A DNA stretch of 64,000 nt from Mantamonas sphyraenae STR306 (taxonomy: Eukaryota; Protista; CRuMs). Made by a program: the position numbers and the translations under genes. This document shows positions 11,101 through 20,900 of this stretch, in pieces; within the stretch, counting starts at the first letter, position 1, and the number at the start of each line of letters is the position of its first letter. A model generated the notes under the pieces. The model had not been told where the DNA came from and made no database searches. It was given only the letters and a program-made list of their open reading frames with translations. The stretch lies in NCBI GenBank assembly GCA_026936335.1, contig JAPMXV010000052.1:186001-250000 (forward strand), written 5' to 3'.

Positions 11101-12886
11101 GTACAACATGCGCATGGTGCTGGACGTGCTGTCCGAGAGCAGCCATGGACTTGGAGGATCCTCTCGTGGACAGGACGACGACCAAGAGGATGGAGGCGAC
11201 GACGAAATGGCCGTGTTGATTCGCGAGGATGTGGGCCAGCGGCGAAACGACACACGCAGGATGTCCACCGTGTCTGCCATGTCGACGACGAGTTCTTCCA
11301 GCTCGTCGTCGTCCACGTCGTCCTCCTCGTCCTCACGAGCCAGTGTGTCACGCGTCACGGGTGTGCCGCCGCGACCGTCGTCGAGCAGCCGCAGCAAGCT
11401 TGCGCAGCTGAGCAAGCGGCTAAGCAGTGGACTGAATGCAAGCACGGGGATGGGTGGCGGAGGCGAGGGGGAAGCTGGACGGAGGGGCATGTCACGCAAT
11501 GCGTCGTGGTCGAGTGCAAGCAGTGGGGCGGGCACGCGAAGGTACACGCGCGAGGAGTTGGAACAGGGACCCGTGTTGAAAAAGAGCCGCACGAGCGTGG
11601 GTAGTGCCGGGGGTGATCAGACGGTGGTGTGGGACGAAGGTGATCTGTCGCAGCAGGATTCCAACCTGATTGGATTTGACGATTCGCGCGCACGCAGCAG
11701 CAAGGCTCGCATACGAGAGAACGCGCAATCAGAGGACATGCAAATCAACGTGGAGGCTGAGATGGACTTTCTCCACAAGATGATGTGGACCAACACACCC
11801 GAGTCGCAGGCGTCGTCGCAGGCGTCGCAAGTGAGCGACAGCGAAGAGGATGAGGAGGAAGATGAGGAGGCAAAAGAGGAGGCAGAGAAGGACGGGAGGG
11901 GAGCGGCCATGATGACCGTGGAACAGGCCGCAGGAAGGAGCATGGCCATGAATCATCTTGACAGCAGCAGCCAGAGTGTGGACGACAGCGCAGGGAGCAG
12001 AGACACAAGTGCGAGCGGGAGTGTGCGCAAGGGAGGAGGACGCACACGAAGGACGTTGACACGTCGGCGTGGATCGCAAAGCACGGTGGGCTCGGCGGCA
12101 GAGGGTGAAGAGGCAGGCGGAGGGGGCAAACCACGCGTGTTTATGCTCAGCTCGTTCGCTGCGAAGCAAAAAGACACGTTTCGCAACGAATTGAGCCGCC
12201 TGGGTGGCACGGTGATCCGCTCGGAGGAGTTTGAGCGGGAGTGCACACACGTGGTTGCAGCAACGCCCGGGCGCAGCGAAAAGTTTCTGTGTGCCATTGT
12301 GAGCGGCAAGTGGCTGCTGAAAGAGTCGTACATACTTGCGTGCATCCAGGCGGGCCGGTTTGTGGACGAGCAGCCGCACATGTGGACCGAGACGGACGCG
12401 AAGGATTATCCGCAACACGAAATGGTTCTTCAGAGCATCGGGTACTGGCGCGAGAGGATTGGCGAACAGCTGCAAGACGAGGCACGCGTGCGGGAGGAGC
12501 GTGTGGGAAGCTTTGCAGACATGGTGGCTGTGACGCTGTCGATGGAGCACAAGCGCAGCGTGTTTGTGCGTCTGCTGCGCGCAGGAGGCTGCAGTGTGAT
12601 CAGCGACAAGCTGCCGTTTGAGAGCTTGGAGACAGTGACGCATGGGTTCATCGACCTGCGTTACCTGACCACCAAGCGCATGGTGGGCACGCTGAAGCGG
12701 ATTGTAAAGGAGAATCCCCACATCAAGTGGCGCATCCAGGAGTACGTGAGCGTGTACCTGCGCACTTCAGAGAGCAAGGAGGACATGGTCATCACGGTGG
12801 AGCGTCTCGAGGAGCTTGCAGAGACGGTGGGGGGTGTGGGCAAAAAGCGCGGCAAGGGATCCACTGAAACGAAGCCAGAGAAATGA
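8159..12886 (+). CDS. TOPBP1: TopBP1/Rad4/Dpb11-like multi-BRCT protein; 5 exons
   Basis: Introns 8387-8486, 8530-8644, 8824-8889 and 9137-9200 keep the frame. Many BRCT repeats (THLV..., W...C), and a C-terminal pair typical of TopBP1 (CTHVVAATPGRSEKFLCAIVSGKWLLKESYILAC). Confidence 0.8.
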
Positions 12887-13925
12887 GCAGCAGTGACAAA
12901 CAAACTCCCTTGCGTTGGGGCATTCTCAGCACAGCCAACATTGCCACCAAGGTGGTGGGTGCCATCCAGAAAGGCGGCAGCGCCGTCGTGTCAGCAGTGT
13001 GTTCGCGCGGGTTGGAAAAGGCGCAGGCGTTTGCCTCCAAGTTTGACATCGAGAACGCATTCGGATCCTACGACGAACTGGTAGTCAGCGATGTTGTCGA
13101 TGCCGTGTATGTGCCTGTGCCGACGACGATGAAGGAGGAGTGGGCGCTCAAGGCGATCGCAGCCGGGAAGCACGTGCTGGTCGAAAAGCCCTTTGTCAGT
13201 GCGGCCAGCGTGAAGCGCATGGCCGCCGCTGCCAAGGAAAAAGGTGTTCTTTTCATGGATGGGACGATGTTTGTGCACAACGTGCGCACGACGGCGATGG
13301 CAAAGGCGGAATTGGGCGGCGTCTCGTTTGCCCACGCGCTCTTCACCGTCAGCGTCAACGACAAGGCCAACATCCGCCTGGACAAGGATTTGGAGCCGAT
13401 GGGCGCCATTGGTGACCTCGGCTGGTACACAAGCAAGGCCATGATGCTCTCGCGCGATTGGGAGCTTCCCGTGTCGCTGCAAGCCACTGGAGTGGTCGAT
13501 GGCGTGCCCATCCGCGGTGGTGCCGTGTTGCGCTATGCAGACGACACGACGGCGCTGATGGAGACCGGGTTTTCTACGGCGGTTTCACGCAGAAGTGGGC
13601 GATTTTGGGCAAAGATTCGAGTGTGGAGGTCGACGATTTCGTGCTGCCGTGGCTGACCGACCCGTGGACGTTTGTGGACAACGAGTACGACGAGGCACAG
13701 TCGTTCACGCTGAACACGGGCATGGGCAACAAGAAGCAGATTGAGTGTGGCGAATGCGTGCAGGAGGTGGCCATGGTGGAGACGTTTGCTTCGGTGGCGG
13801 TTGCCAACGGCTACGACGACGAGTGGGCCAAGCAGGCATTCCTGACGCAGACACTGGTGGATGCATTTGCAGAGGGAGTGGAAAAGGGAGGCATGGTGGA
13901 GATCACGGCCAAGTGGGAAGAGTGA
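12883..13925 (+). CDS. Gfo/Idh/MocA family NAD(P)-dependent oxidoreductase with one frameshift near 13580
   Basis: Motifs LRWGILSTANIA, VDAVYVPVP, GKHVLVEKP and GAIGDLGWY. The C-terminus (KWAILGKDSSVEVDDFVLP...) continues in the second frame, ORF 13458-13925. Confidence 0.85.
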
Positions 13926-13958
13926 GTGAGTTTGTTTTGGATTGTGTCTGTCAATCGA

Positions 13959-16003
13959 TCAATCGAATTCGCTCGACACCGAATCGATGATTTCTGTGTT
14001 TTCGTAGGTGAAACCCTGGAAAAGGTCGGCCTTGGATGAGCTGAGAGTTGTTTCTGTGAGCGAGTCTGCGGCCACTTCTTCGGTAAACTCTTTGTCAAAG
14101 TTGCGAATGTCCGAATTGCTGCGTACGCGAGGGCGCACGGGCGCCTCGTAGTCCTTGTTGAGTGCCTTTTCCCAGTCGATGCCCTCGAACCACGGGTGGG
14201 CGGCAAAGTCATCGAGGGCGTTTGTGCCTGTGCCGAGCCGTTCGGTGGGGTTGCGTTCGAGCAACTGTGCAATAAAGTCCATGCCCTCGTCGGAAATCTC
14301 CGTGTGGCTGGGAAAGGTGAGTTCCTTGTACAGGATCTGTTCGTACATCTTCTTCATGTTGGTGGAGTAGAAAGGGGGAAGGCCGGTCAGCATTTCGTAT
14401 ACAAGGGTGCCCAGCGACCACCAGTCGACCTCTTTGCCGTACGACTTGCCCTCGAGCACCTCGGGGGCAAGGTACTCCGGGGTGCCGCAGAACGTCTTTG
14501 TCTTGTCTTCGTACCCGACGCCCTCTTTGCACAGGCCAAAGTCGGTGATGCACAGGTGGCCCTCGTAGTCGAGCAAGATGTTCTCCGGCTTGAGGTCGCG
14601 GTAGATGATGCCGCGTTCGTGGAGATGGTTGATAGCCAGCACCAACTCCATGGTGTAGAAACGCACACGGTCTTCGGAGAAACGCTTCTCTTGACGCAAG
14701 TGGAAGAAGAGTTCGCCGCCGTTGACAAAGTCGAGAATGAGATAGAGCTTGTCGTCGGTCTGGAACGAGTATTTGAGACCCACAATGAAGGGATGGGCGC
14801 TGATGCTTTTGAGAATGTTGCGCTCCGCGTTTGTGTGCTCGACTTTGTTCTTTTTGATGACGGTTTCCTTCTTGATGGTTTTCATGGCGTAGATGCAACC
14901 GGTGTCCTTCTTACGCACCTGCATGACCTTGCCGAAGCCGCCTTTGCCGACGACGTTGAGCAGCTCAAAGTCGTCGATGCTGATCTTCATGGCATCTTCA
15001 ATGGTGACGAATTCGATCTTGAGACGCACCTCTCCCGTGACGGTTTCGGTCTTTTTGATCTTTTTGCCACGCTTGTTGACCTGGCGTGGTGCCAGAGTGT
15101 ACCATTTGTCCACTGTTTTCTCGCCGACGTAATCGATGATGTTGAGGGTGAACTGGCCCATAAAATCGTCGCTGGTAAACTTGTTCTCGTCCCAGCAGGA
15201 GATGTGCAGCTCTGTGTCCACATCTGTGATATCGCTGTGGATGTGCAGGCGGGATGTGCCGGCGGTGTGGATGTGCAGCGTGGATCCGGGCGCATGTGAG
15301 TGGCGGGTCGGGAGGGCGATCGTTGATCGCTGGTGGGACGCGAAAAAAACGTGCACGTACAACTGGAAGCGCTCCATCCACATTGGGTTGAGATCAGCCT
15401 TGATGACTTGTGTCTGATGCTCCTGATGGGCGAGTTGGAGAACGAGGTAGGGATCCGAGGTGCCTGTGGGGTGCGTGGACGAGTCGCGCAAGAGTGTCCG
15501 TGAGCGAGGGCGTTTGGAGTGTGAACGCACGGCTGGTGTGGCTGACTGAGAGTAGGCAACGACCCACAGGGCAAGAGGGTAGAGTCACAGCACGGGCATG
15601 GGGCATGGGAAGGGCGACGCGGGCAAGGGGGAAGGGTGTGCAGGTTGGTGACGGAGGGGAGGCTGGCCGGAAGGATGAGCCCAGCGATTTTTGGTGATCG
15701 GTGGGACGACACGGAAGAGGGGGAAGTGGATGGAAAGCATGCGGACGATGATGGAGAGGACGTGTGGGGATGTGGACGGCGCAACCGAGGCCATGCAGGG
15801 ACGGAAACGGGTGTGTGGAACATGGGGCGCGGTGGGAGGAGACGCAGGAGCGGAAAGGCGTCGGGGAGACAGAGTCCCAGAGCGGAGCAAGGCGGGTGCA
15901 AATTTGGAAGCAACTCACCGGAACGGTCCTTGGCAGCCAGGTCCCTGCCAGCAAGCACTTGCACTTTGAGCTTTCCAAGCAGATCGGTGCTGTCGTCAGA
16001 CAT
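13959..16003 (-). CDS. C2-domain AGC Ser/Thr kinase (Akt/SGK/Ypk-like); 3 exons
   Basis: Introns 15918-15464 and 15360-15235. C2 domain: LKVQVLAGRDLAAKDRSGTSDPY..LNPMW..WDENKFTSDDFMG. Kinase motifs GKGGFGKV, YAMK, YRDLKPEN, DFGL and TFCGTPEYLAPE. AGC tail NFDKEFT..FQGFTY. Confidence 0.95.
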
Positions 16004-16116
16004 TTGGGAGATTGGAAATTTTGTTTGGAGAAGTGGGGCGGTTGAACGAAGTGTGGAGAAGGTTTCATCGTCTTCGCCATTCGCTCAGACAAGTGAGCCA
16101 TGGGCAGGGGCGGGGA

Positions 16117-17898
16117 TCACAGGTCGCCATCGTCATCCGAGTCAAGATCCTGGTCGGCTTGGGATTCGATTTGGCGTTGGTCGAGTTTGAGCTGCGTCTC
16201 GGCGTTGTGCTCCTGCATCATGCGGCTCATGTTGGACAAGCGCTTGGCCTGGGAGGTGCTTGTGGACTTGATTTGGCCAAGGATGCCAGTGACGCCCGAG
16301 TCGACTTGCATGACGAGGCTGGATTGGCCTTCAAGCAGCTTGCGCGTTTGCGAAACGAGAGTCTGCAGCGTGTTTTCGCCCAACACATGGACCATGAGGG
16401 TCTTTGCTGGTGTTGCCGTCTTGCTTTGCGCGGAGATATGTCGAGGCACGTTGGAGACGCCTGTGTTGGTGCTGGGGTCCTCGATGAGGAGGCTGATGCG
16501 CCAATCCCCCACGTCGCTGGCACGCCACTTCCATGTGCTCAGAGAGCCTTCCGGGTGCAAAGACTCCTTGTTGGCAAGCACCATGAGCCCCACCCAATCG
16601 TTTTCCAGACGCAGGTTGTGCAGGCGGACGTTGATCACGCTGTGGTCGCTGGAGAGGAGATCCACTTCGCTCCTCATGTCCTCCTCCTGTGCATCGTCGA
16701 CGTTGAACGACCATCTCAGTGACTTGTTGCCTTGTCGTACATCCACAAATGAGCCACGAGGGGTCTGTGTGAGCGCGGTGAGCTCGATGTCCAACTTCCC
16801 TTGGCCATTGGGGGTGACGACCAACAGACCAGCATCTGGGTGCAGAAACGGCTGCATGGCCACAGAATTCACCATTTCCGATGGTACACTTGGCACCCAG
16901 GCATTGGCACAGATGAACGGGAGATCGAGGGTCATGTGTGGTTGTTGGGGTCGTTCGGCAACTTTGCCCTTGCCTTTTGTGTCGTCATGGACTGCGTTTG
17001 CAGAGTCAGACTCGGTGTCGGTGGATGCGGAAGAGGCAGATGATGCAGAGGAGGCTGCTTCCGCGGTGGTACGTGTGGCACGCCGTTGTGTCTTGGGCTT
17101 GCTGGGTTGCATGGGCTCCCATGAAAAAGTACCGTTGTGGTCGTATGGGTCCTTGAACGTGGCCATGTAGACGTTGTTGTTGAGGTTGTCCAGGCCCAGC
17201 AGGGAGGGCCTGCCGTCGACGACGGCAAAGCTGACAAAGGAGATTTCTTCAGACTTGGAGTCGTCTTTCTGGACAAGTGGAGCAGATGCCTGTGTACACG
17301 CTAGCTTGGTGAGCACCCATGAGCGCTTGTTGTGATTGGAGCGTCCAACACAGCCAAGCACGAGGACGTGCTCGGGGTTTGTTTGCAGCGGAACAAAGAC
17401 CACCGTGCAGCCGAGGCCGTCGGGCCTGCCCACGTTCCACAACACACCTGCGTGTTTGGTCGACGCGTCCAGATTGAATTGGTCCACAGAGCAGGCGTTG
17501 TCGTCCTTGGAGAGCTGGAGGCGCGTGAGGCTTTGCCCGAGGCGAAGGAACAGCACCTTGCTTGGTGTCAGAACGACGGCGGTGCCGTCGGTGAGCGAAA
17601 CGGCACTTTGTATGTTGTGAAGTTCGTGTCGCATGCTCAACAACTCCTCATCCAGGAGGAAAGGCTGGCCAAAGTCGAATTCGTCAAACTCAAAAAACAC
17701 GCCCGCCTCATGGTTGCTGGTGTCCTCGCCGTTGCCGTTCACGGGCGGAGGTTGGAGCACAGCAACACCCACGTCGTGCCACAGAAATGGGACCCCGTTA
17801 TCACTCCACGTGGGCGTGGCGACGCCTTTCTCGAAAGCGCTGCTCACGACCAACCTGCCCTTGCCCTCTGGCAGAGGCGATGGCGGAACAGAAGTCAT
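16117..17898 (-). CDS. Hypothetical protein of ~593 aa with a beta-rich N-terminal half
   Basis: Long open frame with protein-like composition. The likely start is MTSVPP at 17898, just downstream of the 17954 stop. No family recognised. Confidence 0.6.
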   Translation of the reverse strand: MTSVPPSPLPEGKGRLVVSSAFEKGVATPTWSDNGVPFLWHDVGVAVLQPPPVNGNGEDTSNHEAGVFFEFDEFDFGQPFLLDEELLSMRHELHNIQSAVSLTDGTAVVLTPSKVLFLRLGQSLTRLQLSKDDNACSVDQFNLDASTKHAGVLWNVGRPDGLGCTVVFVPLQTNPEHVLVLGCVGRSNHNKRSWVLTKLACTQASAPLVQKDDSKSEEISFVSFAVVDGRPSLLGLDNLNNNVYMATFKDPYDHNGTFSWEPMQPSKPKTQRRATRTTAEAASSASSASSASTDTESDSANAVHDDTKGKGKVAERPQQPHMTLDLPFICANAWVPSVPSEMVNSVAMQPFLHPDAGLLVVTPNGQGKLDIELTALTQTPRGSFVDVRQGNKSLRWSFNVDDAQEEDMRSEVDLLSSDHSVINVRLHNLRLENDWVGLMVLANKESLHPEGSLSTWKWRASDVGDWRISLLIEDPSTNTGVSNVPRHISAQSKTATPAKTLMVHVLGENTLQTLVSQTRKLLEGQSSLVMQVDSGVTGILGQIKSTSTSQAKRLSNMSRMMQEHNAETQLKLDQRQIESQADQDLDSDDDGDL

Positions 17899-17953
17899 GC
17901 TACGGCTGCTACGGCTGGATTTGTGCAAAGGGGATGCCGTGTGAACGGTGGTT

Positions 17954-20900
17954 TCATTGGCCCAGCATGCGCACCATCCGTTCGCGCACGTGGTCGCTCC
18001 ACGAACGTTGATCACTTTCCCGAAACGTCCATGTGAGCCCCTGGGGCTCTGGTTCCCTGTCATGTGCATCGATGTTGCCCTGGTCGTCATGGGTGGGTTT
18101 GGCTGGTTTGAAAACCAAACAGGGCAGGTGTTCGTGGCCGATGTGCAGGTAGTGCCCGAGAATGGCGATGCGTTTGGTGACATCGTCTTGATGGAGCCTG
18201 AGCCTACCCTGCAAACACGGCGTCAGAAGCTGCTGGAGAACCACAGTGAGCAAGCTGTGACCACGGTCGCACTTCCAGTCGGCAACAGAGGCGGTGAAAC
18301 TCATGATGATTTGACTCCACAGGGGATGATGCTCGTGGTGTTCGCTAATGCGTTCCATGACAGTGCAGTGCTTCTGGAACTGTTCTTCCCAGGCCTCCCG
18401 GATGCGTTTGCTCTCCTTCATCTTTTCCTCTTGCTGATAGGACAGAATGCCCTGCTCTTCGTCCTTGAGCACATCCATGATCCCGTCGATGCTGTTTTCG
18501 GCGCGATGCAGGAGGAGGAGCACCGAATCGGCCTTGTGCTGTGCCGACATGTCTCCCATCAGCATGTTCTCTTGATGGCTGGACTGCATGACGTCGCTGT
18601 GGGACTGAATTTGGTACCACAGGTGGTTGCACATCACTCGTGCGTGCTGAAGCACACGCATCACAAATGCACCCTTCATGCTCTGTGCAGCCACCCGTTT
18701 CAGGTCGTTGTGTGCACCCAACAGCAGATCGGCGGCTTCCTGGAGCTCCTGCATGTCTGCCCTCGCCATCACCAAGCTCTGGCGGTTCCTTCGCTTGCCA
18801 CTCAACTGCTCCAACGCCTTGCAGCGACGCAACACCTCCTGCACCCTCACAAGCCAACTGCGTGTCCACTCCACATCCTTGGCGTGCTGCATGTGTGCCA
18901 CGACCTGCCCGGCACGTGCTGCATCGTTTGTCTGCTCCTGTGATTCGCGCAGCCACGACGACGCAGTCGCCTCTGCCTCCAACAGTGATCGCACAAGAGG
19001 ACGAACACGTGAAGCGGCAGCCTCCAGAGCTTCGTCACTGGCCATGGCCACCGCTTCCCGCAACACTCTCCCAGTGATTGCGCCGGCGGCTTCTAAATCG
19101 CTGTCCTGTTGCTCCAAATCCACGAGGATGGACATTGCCTTTGTCACCTTGGCCTTGTCTGACCTGAACGTCGTGAGCAGATCTTCGGCTTGCTGCTTGG
19201 CCTGCTGCATGGCCTGTGCCTCACCGGGTGAAGAAGGCATGTCGTGGGCCCGTCGTGCCCTCACCTCGTCCTCAATCGCCTTCCATCGCATCCGGATGGC
19301 AAACACACGCTTTCGCAGCGCACGTTTCTCGTCAATGGAACTCAGCTGCTCCTCCGAAGCAGGGTTGCTGTTCTGCTGCAGGAGTTTCGACACAGCCTCA
19401 GCCAAGTTTGCCTGTAGGGCACTGGTGAGTGTGGACAGCGACGAGTTGCCATCCCTGTCCTCGCCCACGAACGGCTTTTCGGCATCTTGCAACAGGACAA
19501 CGAAGCGAGCTCCACCGACAGCCATTTCGCAGATCTCGATTTTCTCCTCCAACAGCTCGACCTGTTGCTCCAGGAGATTTTCAGAGTCCCCAAATGTGCT
19601 CTGGGGCGTGACACTGTCAATGATTAGCGTGGCGCGGGTAGCCTTGAGCACGTGGGAGTCGTCGAGGGTCAAGAGAGAACCACCACGCAGCTGGAGCTTG
19701 AGGCCGTTGTTCTCCCAGCGAGTACGTCCAGAGTAGTACAGGATGGACTTGTGGTCCGACGGATTCATGGTGCTGCTTGGACGAGGCACAGTCTCGGCAA
19801 TGGCGCCGATGCGTGCCTCGATCTTGCTGAGTTCGCGAAGAGAGACAAAGGGTTTCTTGAGCCGCTCTTTGCCGCGTGAGGATGGATCGGGGTCCATGAG
19901 GGAGCATTGGATGTGTTTGGGGTCGTGGACAAAGTTGCTGGCGACCCAGCGCTGGCGAACGCGTGCGGCGACGTCTTCGCGTCGCCATTGGAAGCCGTCC
20001 TGGTCACCCGAGCGCTCCTGGACAATCTCTTTGATGGTGGGTTCGATGAGACCGTGGTTTCGTTGTGCCCACAGAGTGAGGGGACGTTGTGGCTGCCCGA
20101 GGTGGGTGTCGACGTGGCTGTACGCATCAACCATGGCATTCCAGACAAGGCGCACGTTGTCTGCGGTGGCAAAGTGGTCGGCAAGCACCACGATGTTCTC
20201 TTTCGGCATGCCACTGTTGAGCAGGATCGAACGCATGGCGAGGACATCCTTTGCGGACGCTGGGTCGGTGCAAATCAGCAGGGCCCTGTCTGCGCCGGGG
20301 ACAAAGTCCAGGAAGACCTCATCCCTATCGTCGTACCACACACGCAACTTGGACGTGGTGACGGGAGAGGCCTGCCAGAGGGTGGCCCAATCCACATCTG
20401 TTCGCAAGTCGGTTGTGAGCAGGGAGCGCTGGCGACTGCGTCGCACAGGCGGTGGCAACACTTCGTTCTCCTCCTGATCCCTGAGCGATGGCAATCGAAG
20501 GACGGTGGCCAGGGGCTGGCCCAGGCGAAGGACAGAGACGACCAGGCGGACAACGAGAGAGAACCAGTTGAAGAGGGGCATGGACAGCACCACATACAGA
20601 GGCACACGCATGCTTTCGTGGTTCAACAGCGTGTAGTAGTTGTACCACAGGAAGAGGACTACCTGTAGGCAGTAGATGCGCAGAAGGAGCATGCCGAGGA
20701 CAGCAAACGCTTGCGTAGAAAGCACATAAACAAGGGTGGGGATCCGAAGAATGTCTTGGACCAACGTCACGAGGGTGGAAAGGTAGAACAGTTTGAGCAG
20801 GATGGTGTTTTGGCTGTTGAAGAGGATGAGATGGCGAAAGGTGCGACTGGCAAGGCTGCGCTTGCGATGGCGTTCGAGCTCGCTACCCACAAACGACTGT

